The notes under the pieces were generated by a model that was not told the DNA's origin, did not search any database, and worked only from the letters and a program-made list of their open reading frames with translations. From Leucoraja ocellata (taxonomy: Eukaryota): a stretch of 64,000 nt of DNA. Below, piece by piece: positions 50,188-62,229 of this stretch (positions within the stretch are counted from its first letter, which is position 1; each line of letters opens with the position of its first letter). Location of the stretch: contig JAWMAR010000008.1 in the NCBI GenBank assembly GCA_036785375.1, positions 3,162,001 through 3,226,000 of the forward strand, read 5' to 3'. The position numbers and the translations under genes are program-made.

Positions 50188-53100
50188 GACGTCCATACTG
50201 AGCAGGAAGCTGAACCATCACAGTGTAATCTCCGAGCATGCTGATGTTCAGCTGACCAACTTCACGTAACCACACATTTCACCTGCGTGCAGGGTACAAT
50301 CCACCCGGCAAGTACTCTGCAGATGTTTATAATCCTGCAGGGTGACCTTTCAGCTTTAACATTTCACAGGATAGCAAGGCTCGACCATCCACATTCAGCT
50401 GGACATAGAAAGAAGGTGCCCAGTAAATAAGACAACGGTGTAAGTGACTGTTTCCACATGGGCGTTCCTGGAGCAATAGCGTCCAAATCAGACATCATGA
50501 ATGCATTCTGGAGTTGGTGTTGGGACCACAACATTGTAGTTCAAATTATAAATTTAGAAAAATATGCTTTGGGGTAATGAGTATAAGGTATTTTGGCACT
50601 GCAACCCCACTCTGAGCAAACATTGATTTGCAGTAGAAAAATGTGACTAAGTCTTATGAGGGGCCATGGGATGTTTGGTGTGAAAACTGCAAAGTTGCCA
50701 TGCTATACTGTAGAAAGTGCTGTTTGGATTGGGCAGAGTAAGATATAGTGTGCCTAAGCTGCATCTAAAGTGAATGCATTCCATCCCTCAATCTGATGGG
50801 GATAAATGTAGAAACCAGCATTGAGCAGTCCACAGGGTGACAATTTGGATGCAATTATTAGTGAACTGTAGTGATTATGTACCATGGTTTAGAAAAAAGA
50901 AATGTTTAATTAAAGGGTTGAAGGATATCGTGAAAAATTGTAACTTGCCGCACAACATCTGGTAAAGAGCTGTCAGTTAAGATTAAGGATCTTTAATGAA
51001 GCAAATGATTAGCTATTGCTTCAAGGGACTATCAGAATGGAAGTTACAAAATAGTAACCACTACAATTGTGGGAGCTCTGAGAATGGATCTTGGTGAGTT
51101 GCTCGCATTTGCCTGTACACTTGACTGAAATTAAGTCCCTTTGGATCTGACCCATATACTTTCTTCAACTTTTTCTGTTTCTCTTGGTTGATCTCTGGCT
51201 TTGACCTGCTGTTCTCACTGACATAACCCACTGTCTTAAAGCTTGCAGCACCTTAATTTTTTGTTTTAATTCCATTTTAAACATTCCTATTTGTAACAAG
51301 ATTTATTTAGCTTTTCTTTTGCTTTATTTGTTTTTGGATTCCCTTGTTCCTTTTCTGCCTCTCACGGGTGTATTCGACCACTTTATTGGTATTGTTGTTA
51401 ATCTTAATCTATGCATAATCTTTTCCGCTTCAAGGATCGTTGACCCATTTATGCTTAGTAACCCAACTGTTTTATTTAACCATGAATTACAGGATATCCA
51501 ACATTTCTGGGGGGAAATGGAGTCTGTCAAGATTCAAACCTTGGCCTGGCATAAAGTCCTTGGCAGAACAATACAAGAATCCCCAAATACCTTTCATTGT
51601 TAATGATCCTGATTCCAGAAACAGTGGCTATCTAGCGATATCTACCACACATGCACTTGTGCATTCTGATAAATGTCCCAAAGGCAATAATCTGTTCTTC
51701 TGACTGAAGTTTTTGGTTCTGTAATTTGCATAAATCTTTTGGCTGGCTATTTTGGATTGTGCGTTAATTCTCCTTCTCTACCTCAGATTAACATCAACAT
51801 TGCACTTGGTCTGATTTTGTTTCTTGAGCAACCCAAGTTTTCTGCTCCCTCCCCTGTGTTCATACCACTTATTATCTTTTCAGTACTTGTTTTGTATTGG
51901 TAGACAAAAGTTGTGATCACGCACTTACACTTGTCCTGAATAGGAATCTGCATTTAAAAAATTAGGTGTTGCATCTCACATCTAAATCCTTGGCTGTTAC
52001 TCACCCGAGAGAGAGTTGAAAATCTCTCTGACCAAGTATGTGTTTGCCAAGGCAATCCTGCAGTACACAACAGCTACAGTTGAAATTCTCACCCTCTGGC
52101 TAGAGCAGGGTTCTCTTGAGGTTGGGCCAAGTCACAAAGTGGAAACCCATGTTGTATTGGACTGGATAATTGGTAGCTATAAAGGAATGATTCGCAGACT
52201 TTAACCTGTGATTACATTCCCATTTACTGGAGATGCAGTTCAAATGAAGCTTTGACTCTTTGATTCTTCAGGTGATGAAATAGTTAACAGGGATTGATTC
52301 ATTGACATTTTGTTTATCAATAACAAAGTCAGATGACTTCCACCCAGCCTCAAGAAAACTAAAAAAACGTTCTTTTCACTTCACATTTCCTGTTAAATAT
52401 TGAACCAAATCTTATTGATTGAGAATATAAATTTGAACTTTTCATATCCTGTCTTCACAACCAAACACAGCAGTGAACATGATTGAGACTTTGAGTAAAA
52501 CAGCATGAAGGGATGTATGACCTTTGTACAATTAATGATAAGATTGTGAGCTTGAAGTCTATGTAGAGTTGACTGATGCAATAGTCTCCATTCCAGGGAG
52601 AGAAGATCTGCATTTATGCCAACTACCTTGTTAATAGATCAGTCTGACCAACTGGTTTGTATAATAGTCTGTCGGCCAAGAACTGGAAAACTAAAACTGA
52701 GAATTCTAAGAAATTATTCATTTCAAAATATGTTTCCAAGGATTTATGATGTGATACTGTGTTAATCCTGCAGGTACATATGATGTACATTAAGGATTTT
52801 GCTTGAATGCTATCCACTTTTTTTTTTTATAGCTTTAACACCTTAAAACATTCCTCATTCAAATGATCCAAAAATGGTGCAGAGAATAGGGCAGCTCTCT
52901 GACTTAGTGAAGGTTACAGTGTAGTGGATCACCCACGTTAGTGGATTCCTGGTCCTGCAACGAATTGTCACGAGGATATTATACTTGGTTTCTGCGTTCC
53001 TCCTTTTGGAATGGTTGGAACAAAGTTAAATTCTTGATTCATTGCCACCCACAGTCGACATTGTCTCAATCCCTCCATGAAGAACGGCAGCTGAACTAGA

Positions 53101-53650
53101 TTTGGATCCACTGCCCAGCATGTTGGTGCCTTCAGTGGTCAAGGGAGAAACCTGCAAAAATGAAACATTATTTTTGCCATATGATGTTGTCAGTTTTGTA
53201 CTGGAACTTTACACAATTCCATTGTAAAGGGCCATGCCCAGACAAAAGGAATGTTATTTGTAGGGTATTAGAAGATAAATAATCATTAAGTGTAATTCAT
53301 TTAAGTCTTAACCAAGTGAAGCCCTTAATCTTTGCCATCAGTGTGCATGGGATGAGGTAAACACCACTAAAACATGCAATGCAAACACTGTCTCATCACA
53401 CTAAGTTGTTCTGTGCCTTGTTTAGCCAGAGCTGCCAAGGCCCAGTGAGTGACTCAAAACATTTCCTAAAATGTATTAATTTATTGTTTCTGTGAATTCA
53501 CTTATTGTTCAGTTTAATTCTCATGTTTATGTTGTGAAACTCAAACTGTGAACATGGTGCACTTTAAACACAAGAGGCTGACTGACAGCAAGTCTGTAAA
53601 GTATTATAATGGGGAAATGGAATAAAGCCAGCTTCATCTCAACCAAAATT
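50188..53650 (+). other. LIMK1: Putative LIMK1 3' UTR (~3.4 kb)
   Basis: No recognisable TEs from the stop codon to AATAAA 53621; miRNA 8-mer cluster just upstream of the signal; TEs resume at 53765. Confidence 0.6.
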
Positions 53651-53670
53651 TCTGTTGCTTTTTTGCACAG
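53621..53670 (+). terminator. Polyadenylation signal AATAAA with downstream U/GU-rich element
   Basis: AATAAA at 53621-53626, then ttctgttgcttttttg about 25 nt later. Confidence 0.6.
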
Positions 53671-53764
53671 TGTAAATAACATGTCTACCGAAAAGAGCAG
53701 GGTGCTTGAAAAAAACCACCATCCCTGCACTGTGTAGTGACTCCTGTTAGAAACTGAAATATTA

Positions 53765-54105
53765 AATTGGTACACAAAAATGCTGGAGAAACTCAGCGGG
53801 TGCAGCAGCATCTATGGAGCGAAGGAAATAGGCAACGTTTCGGGCCGAAACCCTTCTGCAGACTGATGGGGGTGGCGGGGAGAAGGAAGGAAAAAGGAGG
53901 AGCCCGAGGGCTGAGGAAGGGGAGGAGACAGCAAGGGCTAACAAAATTGGTAGAATTCAATGTTCATGCCCGCAGGATGCAGACTCCCCAAGAGGAATAT
54001 GAGGTGCTGTTCCTCCAATTTCCGGTGTTGCTCACTCTGGCCATGGAGGAGACCCAGGACAGAGAGGTCGGACGGGGAATGTGCTTGAGTTGAAGCGCTG
54101 AGCCA
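53765..54105 (-). mobile_element. Penelope-type element fragment (terminal repeat plus adjoining body)
   Basis: tgctggagaaactcagcgggtgcagcagcatct..ggcaacgtttcgggccgaaacccttctgcagact, then ttcaatgttcatgcc...gaggtgctgttcctccaattt, as expected of a Penelope 3' region. Confidence 0.65.
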
Positions 54106-54899
54106 TTAAATGACCATTGTCTGGTTTGTACATAATGTGGAACAGTAGCCTGTGGAGTAACAAGAATCGTTGGAGACCTCGGCCCTGTTCCTGTGCTGTT
54201 CTGTTGCTCACTATGCCATCTGAATCATGCCACAAATTCTGCATTATGAATATCTGATAATGCCTCGGGCAACAGCACCACATGCCATTGAGCTGCAGTT
54301 CGCCTGGGTTTGATCCTGACCACCGGATGTGTCTGGATGGAGTTTGCACATTCCCACTTTGGCCACGTTGGTTTCTCCTGGGTGGTCCAGTTTCCTCCCG
54401 TGTCTCCAGCTATGCTGTTTGGGAGGTTAATTGGCTAATTCTAGAGTACATGGGTGTCACTTGAGCAAGGATGGAATTGGTGAGCATGCCAGAGAGAACA
54501 GGTCCGTCAGTATGATTCTACAGAACCGTCTCGAACAAGGGTCTCGACCAGAAACGTCACCATTTCATGTTCTCCAGATATGCTGTCCAGCACTTTGTGA
54601 CCTTTTGCGTTTTAACCAACATCTGCAGTTCTTTGTTTCTACGCTTTTACATAGAGTTTTGATAATGTAAATGTTACCAAACGCCCATTTCAAACTAATC
54701 TTGAACTATTTTTCGGGTTTTTTTTCGGGGCAAGGGGGTATGTTGGGTCGATAAAGCTCCAGCTCCATGCAACAATGTGCCCTGTAAAAGCTAGTGTAAT
54801 CCAAACACCAGGCCGGACTCGCAGCCTGTCCAGTTGTGTTGTGGACAGTAATTGCCTGCCCTGCATGTTTGCGGGCTGCAGTGAGGTTTCCGCTCATTA

Positions 54900-55460
54900 A
54901 ATGCCAATGATTGTTATTGAATGGGCGCGGGTAAGTGGCCGGTCAGTGGTCCTTGCAGTGTGGGCCGGGTGAGCGAGCCCAGCTCCCCGCCTCTCCCTGC
55001 CCCACATTGTGCCGTGTGCGGGAGGCACCGCGCCCTTTGTGAGGGGGGCCGGCGGTCAGTGAGAGAGGGCCGGCGGCGTCAGGTGGGGACTTGACTCGCA
55101 GCTGTGGGATAAGGGAGAGAGGGAGAGAGCGAGCAAAGGAAGGCTGGCCGATTGTCCGCAGAGCCAGCCGCCTGCCACCGAGCCCGGGACAAGAGCAGCG
55201 GGGCGGGGGAGCAGCGACGATGACCGACGAGGTGCTGCAGAATGCGTTGATGAGCATGGGTAAGTCCCCGGACAGTTGCACATTCAGCCATGTCCAACCA
55301 GCCCGTAGCTGATGCTTACAAGTGACACCTCTGCCTTATTTTTTTTTCTCTCTCTCTCCCTCCCCACCGCTTCCACCTTCGCTCGCCGTGATCTGGGGAA
55401 TCACCACCGCCACCGCCGCCTGATCGCTGCTCTCGCTTGGCCCAGACTGGGAGGTAGGTC
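54900..55460. promoter_or_regulatory. CpG island and promoter of the downstream gene
   Basis: High GC/CpG, CCAAT at ~54905, GGGCGGGG at 55201; contains a candidate first exon. Confidence 0.8.
55220..55259 (+). CDS. Probable first coding exon of an unidentified gene (MTDEVLQNALMSM-)
   Basis: ATG with A at -3 inside the CpG island; 13 codons plus 1 nt; consensus donor G|GTAAGT at 55260. Confidence 0.6.
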
Positions 55461-56179
55461 AAGCTCTGTAATAGATGTCTACACCCAGGCTCACTGACGG
55501 AGAATGCTAATGTATTAACGCCGGGATCCTTCATAAATCCTAGCCCTGAGCATTATTGCAATATTATATACTTTAGCTATTAAATACCGATTTGCATTTT
55601 GGCAGAGAACAGTGGATCGAATGCGGCAGCTTTAATCTTTTCCCAATGGGGAAACTTGCTTTACGCCTGTGCGTTTGACTGGGTGTAACGGCACGCACAC
55701 CTCTCCCAGCGCGTCCACAACACGGCGCTGGCATTTCCACAGCACCACTCATGGGAAATATTGCAAAACACAGTACTGACAATCAGATAGGACGATGGGG
55801 GATTGTACACAGCAACGGCCCACTAAACAGCAATGAGATCATTGCAGGATTAACGGTAAACTACAGATATCACTAGAGATTACGGGTACAGAGGAATCCT
55901 GAGCAAAACACCAAGTGCTGGAGAGACTCAGTGGGTCAGGCAGTGTTTGTGGATGTAATGGGCAGGTGACATTACCATTCGGGACCCCTCATCTGACTTA
56001 TTTACAGACGTCTGTTGATGAGGTATACGGTGCGCTCTTTGACCCACAAAGTCTGCACCAACAATTAAGCAATCAGTCCGAAGAAGGATCCCAACCCGAA
56101 AAGTCGCCTGTCTATTCCCTCCATAGGTGCAGCCTGGCCCGCAAATTCCTCCAGCACTGGGTCCTTTGTGGTAAACGAT

Positions 56180-56935
56180 AATCATAGACCCACTTTGAGA
56201 ACTTTGGTGCCGGAATGGACAATTTTCTGGCTTAGTGAATGTTCCATCCATCCTCTCTTTAGCCCACTCACCCAACCGATCAAGATCCTGCTACAATTTT
56301 AGGCAACCACCTTCATTATCCACAATACCACCCATTTTTTTTTGTGTCATCAGCAAACTTAATAATCATGCCTTACACATTTCTCATCCAAATCATTGAT
56401 ATAGATGACAAACAGCAATAGGCCCAGCACTGAACCCCGAGGCACACCACTAGTTACAGGCCTCCAGTTTGGAAAACACCCTCCCACCATCAACTTCTGC
56501 TTCCTCCCACAAAGCCAAGTTTCTGTCCATTCAGCTGTGTCTCCTGGATCCCATGCGATCTAACCTTCTCGCGCAGCATATCATGCGGAACCTGGTCAAA
56601 TGCTTTGTTAAAATCCATGTATACAATGTCCACGGCTCTGCCCTCATCTACCTTTTTTGATTACATCTTCAAAAAACTCAATCAGATTCGTGAGACATTA
56701 CCTTCCACGTACAAAACCATGCTAACTATCCCTAATCAGCCCTTGTCCATTGAGATGCATGTACATCTTATCCCTCAGTTGCAACATTCCTGTTGTAACA
56801 TCCCAACCACAGATGTTAGGCTCACTGGCCTGCAGTTTTGAGGCTTTTCCCTGCAACCCTTCTTGAATAGAGGCACAGCATCTGTGATCCTCCAGTACAT
56901 CACCCATATTTAATAACAACTCATAAATCTCAGCC
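56180..56935 (-). mobile_element. Degenerate CR1 RT fragment
   Basis: catcagcaaactt (KFADD), ggcccagcactgaaccccgaggcacaccac (GVPxGSVLGP) and tcaaatgctttgttaaaatccatgta (YMDFNKAFD) read on the minus strand. Confidence 0.88.
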
Positions 56936-57124
56936 AAGTGAGTTTTCCTGTCTATATTCCTTTTTTTTTTTCTCCCAGTGTTTTTCTTTGTCTACTCTGT
57001 CACAACAAATCTTTGAGAATTAATCCTCTAATTTCTAGTGGCTAAATAAACTGAATATATTGAGATCACTGAATTAAAAAATATCAGGAATGATAAAAGA
57101 TAAATAATGTATAACTGGAGACTT

Positions 57125-57300
57125 GCCACATTTCCTTCGTCTTCTGATGACTCATTGGTGCACTTTCTTAGCCATAACATCATTGTGGTTGGACCAGGAC
57201 AAATTGTTGGTGATATTTGCAGCAGGGAACTTGAAGCTCTCGATCATCTCCATTTAAGCACCATTGATACAGGGTGGGGCATGGGTTGGATGCAGTCATT
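57125..57300 (-). mobile_element. Rex1-type LINE fragment
   Basis: Reverse complement encodes EMIESFKFP..ISPTICP, homologous to the 3530-3600 segment. Confidence 0.55.
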
Positions 57301-57998
57301 ATGAATTGGAATGTTCTCCAGGAGCGTTAGGTAGGTGCCAAGTCGGTGCACCGAAGAAACAGGCAAAAGTCTAAGAACATTTCCATTTAATGATGTGTGA
57401 CTTTAGGCTCGAGCCTGCAGCTGCTAGTGCAGTCATACAGGTGCTGCCCCTTTACTAGGTGGTGCTGATAATGGGCTTTGCAGATTTAGTTGAATTCTCA
57501 ATGAGCTGGGTTGTCCCTTTGTCGATTGTGCACAGTGCAGTTATGGTGTGCATGTTCAGTGTGGAGGTTAGGGATGTCAGTTAAGTGTCTTGCATGATGT
57601 CGCGATTTTATCATTGTTGAAGCAGTACTGATCCACACAAGTGGAGAATATTCTTATAACATTCGGTACATGCTATTTTAGTTCCGATGTTTGTTTGTTC
57701 TCTGTAGAAGATGATCAGGGATGATCCCAGGACATTGACAGGATGAATTCAGCAAAGGAAATGACATTGACTGTCATGGGGATGTGATTTTACTAGAGAT
57801 ACTGTTGCGCCACTCTGCCTTCCTCTTCATGTTCTCCAGGGATCACTGAAAAGCTTTAGTGACACGTACAAACAAGGAACTACAGATGCTGGTTAATATA
57901 CAAAGGGACACAAAGTGCTGGAGTAACTCAGTGGGTCAGGCAGCATCTCTGGAGAATGTGGGAAAATGATGTTTTGGGTCTAGACCCTTCTTCAGACT

Positions 57999-58854
57999 TT
58001 TTTTTTGCTCGTGTGTCAGACGACATTCTGCCAGTGTCACATCTGTGCCTTTGCGGAGATCGTCCCCAGTGCATGCCTCTCCGCCACAAGTCAACAGGTG
58101 GGCCATTGTCTGTACCTCCCCACAGTTGCACTTGTCAGAGTCCGAGAGGCCTCACTTCTTGAGGTTGAGTCCGCAACGTCCCACTCCAGTGCGGAGGCGG
58201 TTTAGAGCTTTCAGGTAGTATAAGGCAGGTGGTGTCCTGCTGCCATCTATTGTTTGGTTTTGGTGCCTGGTACGGTTGGCTCTAGTTCCATGAAGCTGTT
58301 CCGACTCTTCAGGCGTTTCTTGGCACGTTGGTGATTGTGCAAGGGGTGGCGGGGGTCTGTGTCTGCGTTGAAGCGTTCTACTGTAGCTGCCCGATCACGT
58401 CTTCGAAATGGTTCGTCGATGCCTGCCAGCTCGTACAGGTGTTCAACCTTTGTCAGCTTCAGACATCCTGTGTTTTTTCCTGCAGGCAGTGTTCAATGTA
58501 GAGTCCACCTTGCGTGTATGTTTAGAGCGGCTCCTGATGGGCTTGCATATTCTGCTACTGAGAAACAGAGCGCCAGGGCTGCAGTGCGGATTGTTGTTGG
58601 GTCACTTCCAAATGAGCTGTTTGCCAATTTTTCAATGACATTGTTCCTGGTGTTGACCTTTGCCTTGGTTTTCTCAACATGTTGGCTATATGATAACGTG
58701 TGATTGAGGACCACACCTAGGCACTTGGGGCTTTGCAGTGTTCCAACAGGACATCATTCCATCACACCTGCAGTTGATGTTTCGCATTCCGGTTCCGGAG
58801 GTGGAAAGCTGCGCTTTGCATTTTTGTTGGGTTTGGGCGCAGGGATCTGCACAA
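57999..58854 (-). mobile_element. 5'-truncated Vingi/Ingi-like non-LTR retrotransposon
   Basis: Minus-strand peptides LRPNPTK..AFHLRNR, HTLSYSQHVEKTKAKVNTRNNVIEKLANSSFG..TIRTAALALCFSVAEYASP and KALNRLRTGVGRC..CNCGEVQTMAHLLTC. Poly(A) tail (T-run at ~57998-58006). 10-bp TSD TCTTCAGACT at 57989-57998 and 58855-58864. Confidence 0.8.
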
Positions 58855-58869
58855 TCTTCAGACTGTGAA

Positions 58870-59005
58870 CAGGTGATCGGCAGTGTGCCAAAGGGCCTGT
58901 TTCCATGCTGTATCTCTAAACCAAACTTCCAACTAGTGCGAATGGGTGATTGATTGCGTGGGCCTATAGGCCTATTTCCATGCTGCATCTTTAAACTAAA
59001 CTAAA
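58870..59005 (+). mobile_element. Two tandem SINE/CR1-type 3' tails
   Basis: gggcctgtttccatgctgtatctctaaacc and ggcctatttccatgctgcatctttaaactaaact. Confidence 0.7.
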
Positions 59006-60115
59006 AGATGACCATTGCAACCAAACCTGCATGGTGTGCCTGCGACTTGCCACTTTTCAGCTAAAATCTGTATATTATTTGGCTTCTGTTACAAACAGGC
59101 ATGTATTTTGCCCTGTTATGCATGATAATAGGTTGACTCTTGAATTGGAATATATAGCCATTGCCACCTGAAGGTGAGGTAAACAAGTAACGGGAAGAAA
59201 CTGACATTTATTTTCAACAGGTATTTGTTTCTTTCTCATAATTATGCAAATTCTAATTCTAATTTGATATGTTTGGCTTTCTATTTGTAGAATGTTTTCT
59301 CAGTAAAAATGTTCAGCTCAAACAGTTTGCATTTGGAGTTTTTAATTTTAAAGAGTGTGGCTTTCTGTTTACCCATCCACTGTCATTCTATGCAATGAAT
59401 TGAGCTACACTTACCATTCCGCTTCACTATCTGCAATAGTATTGTCTCTTATCCCTTCCTGGGAAGTCTCAATCTGTTATTAATGCTGGCAATAAGGAGC
59501 ACCTACTCGTACCCTGCACGCTATCCACCCCAATGAGATTACGGAGCTCAGGCTAGATTCTGATGGCAGCCATGTAGATGGATCTTCGGTTGTTACTGGC
59601 TGGTGCTGGAGATGTTACTTCCTTGTTTGTGTGGAATGGATTCGGCTCTGTGGTAATGGTGTTCTAGCTGAGGGAGGTCTGAGCTGCTTTCTTCCACCAT
59701 CTGTTGATGGCATTGTGTAAGTTTAATTCGCTTAATTAGTTGATGAGTGCGTCAGTCATCTGACTGCCCTGGATAGAGTGTGTGTGTGTGTGTGTTGGGT
59801 TAGAGCGAAGCTGTGAATTCACAGATGGCGTTTGGCTTTTCTAGCTTGTCTATATTAAGTGAGAAATTCTGGCTATGACTTATGATATTCATATTTGCAA
59901 AAATACATAGTTGAACCTTTTGTTGGTGCCTAAATAGAATCTTCTGTTATGTAAATGGAGACTATTAATTTCATGAGCTTTTTGCTGTAAATCTGTTTTG
60001 TCCTTAAGATTTACACTGAGGAATGAATTCATTTTTGATGTTGTCTCCAATTTATTTTGATCTTTGGAAAATATTGTCACATGTCATTATATTTGTGTAT
60101 GTTCCTCTGTCTCAG

Positions 60116-60183
60116 TTGGTGTTAGACCGAAAGATCATTTCAATCTGCCAAGCAGATCAAGCAAGAGCAGCCAAGATAGATTG
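60116..60183 (+). CDS. Candidate exon 2 of the downstream gene ((V)GVRPKDHFNLPSRSSKSSQDRL)
   Basis: Good acceptor gttcctctgtctcag|; open in the phase-1 frame set by 55220-55259; weak donor TTG|GTTTGA with a stop immediately after. Confidence 0.35.
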
Positions 60184-60568
60184 GTTTGATTTGGATCCAT
60201 TTTTGTAAACCATCCAGCACACAATCCAGTTGGAAGGAAGGGACACTTTACTATACAAGGAACTGGCACATGCCAGGCCAGCATCCACCATTTTGCATAT
60301 TTGCAAGTTCCTTGCAAAATAAACATGTAAAATGATAAAACTAAGTGAATCTATCAGTAAATAGCAATCGGTTTATTGGTTGTATTACTTCATGTTAGTA
60401 CTTAGTTGGTCAAGAACCATTTTACAGGCCTTTCTGTGTAATTTATGATCACAAATAATGCTGCTCAATATATGTCCAGTTTACTTTTCTGTCACTTGTA
60501 AAGCCGTACAATGCAACAAGCCGACAAGAAGTTTAGTTGCTCTTGAAGATGCCATTTGATTAAAGACT

Positions 60569-60687
60569 CAGAGTTAGTGTGTTCTTCGCCATTTCTTGAT
60601 TTATTAATTTATAACATAGAGGTTGAACAGAGTTAGTGTGTTCTTCGCCATTTCTTGATTTATTAATTTATAGCATAGAGGTTGAAC
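60569..60687. repeat. Near-perfect tandem duplication, 59 bp x2
   Basis: cagagttagtgtgttcttcg...gaggttgaa at 60569 and 60628; one mismatch. Confidence 0.95.
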
Positions 60688-61209
60688 CACCACAGGCAAG
60701 TTAACATTGATTACCATCCAGTCCTTATTACCACAGGCCTTCCTCTGTCTTAAATACTATTTAGTTCCCTTTTAAAAAAAAAAAAGAGCATTTTGGAAAA
60801 TGTTGCTTTCATACCAGGGGTTAAAAGCATGTGATTTGCATTAATCGGAACATAAAACAAGCAGTAACAGACTGTACAGTCAGTACAGACTACAGTCTGC
60901 CATTAAATATGATTATTGCTGTTTCTGTGTCTTGTCCACTTTCATACGCAATTACCACTACACTAATTCCAGAGGATGTAAACACTCTGCAGGTACGGAA
61001 ACCTCAGCTGTAGGCAGTGCTCCAAATTAAGTCTCTCAAAAGCCCTGACCTTCTTGGTAAAACTAGATAAAAACTTGCACTCACTCCAGGCCTCTTGCAA
61101 TAAATGCTAACACATTAGTTATATTCCAAATTGATCACTGCAGGTCCATGTTTGCTCTTTGTGTCACATTTCCCTATCAATATTTACATGACAGGTTTCT
61201 CAACATAAA

Positions 61210-61570
61210 ACAGGGCATCACAGGAACAAGTTATTTGGTCTACAATGTCCATGCCAAACATGATGCCAAGTTAAACTAATCTTCTCTACCTGCATGTGAT
61301 CAATTTCCCTCCATCCCATGCATATACATATACCATTTCAACCTTTCAAAGCCTTTTAAACAACATCTGCCAACATCATTACCCCTGGCAGCGTGCTCAA
61401 GTACACCCAACACACTGTTTAAAAAAAAAAACAACTTGCTCCCTTCATCTTTAAGCAATCCCTTCCAGTCCTTGACTCTCACACTTTAGGGGAAATAAAG
61501 GTTCCGACTGTCTAACTTACCTATGCCTCTCATAATTTTATATAGTCTCCCCTCAACCTTCTGTGTTCCA
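61210..61570 (-). mobile_element. CR1 3'-end fragment
   Basis: ccctccatcccatgcatatacatatacc...acccctggcagcgtg...ctatgcctctcataatttta. Confidence 0.7.
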
Positions 61571-61814
61571 GACACCATCGAAAGATTTTTTAAATTATTT
61601 CTGTGAGAGGTGCACAACGTCACAATATCCTGCTATTCCACCTGCTGGCTGCCCAGGATTGAATCCCATGTAATACCCTTATAATAATCGTCTGCCAACT
61701 TGAAAACAAAATGTTTATTTCTACACTTCTCCCTCCTTTAATTAATCCTCTAACAATGCCAATATGTTACACAAGATCTGATAATTGGATTAGTAAATGG
61801 GGAAATGTGACGTT

Positions 61815-62205
61815 AAATGAGAGCATATTGACTGGTTGCATCACGGCCTGGTTCAGCAACTTGAACGCCCAGGAGTGAAAAAGACTGCAAAAAGTTGTGA
61901 ACACTGCCCAGTCCATCACCGGCTCTGATCTCCCCACCATCGAAGGGATTTATCGGAGTCGCTGCCACAAAAAGGCAGCCAGCATCATCAGAGACCCACA
62001 CCATCCTAGCCGCAGAGTCATTTCACTCCCGTCATTGGGAAGAAGGTACAGTAACCTGAAAACTGTTCAGGAACAGATTCTTCCCTCCAGCCATCAGGCT
62101 ATTAAACACTACAACCTCAAATAACCTCTGAACTGCAATAGACATTATTATTATTATTATTGCACTACTATTGTTTTTTTTGTGTAGGTATGTGTATGTA
62201 TATAT
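61815..62205 (+). mobile_element. Rex1-type LINE 3' end
   Basis: ESILTGCITAWF..KRLQKVVNTAQSITGSDLPTIEGIYRSRCHKKAASIIRDPHHP; (ATT)n in the tail. Confidence 0.88.
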
Positions 62206-62229
62206 ATGATCCCCCTTTTGGGCGAACAC

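Noticed and set aside
54943-55534. Minus-strand ORFs in the second CpG island
   Set aside because: No recognisable protein or convincing splice signals; explained by GC content.
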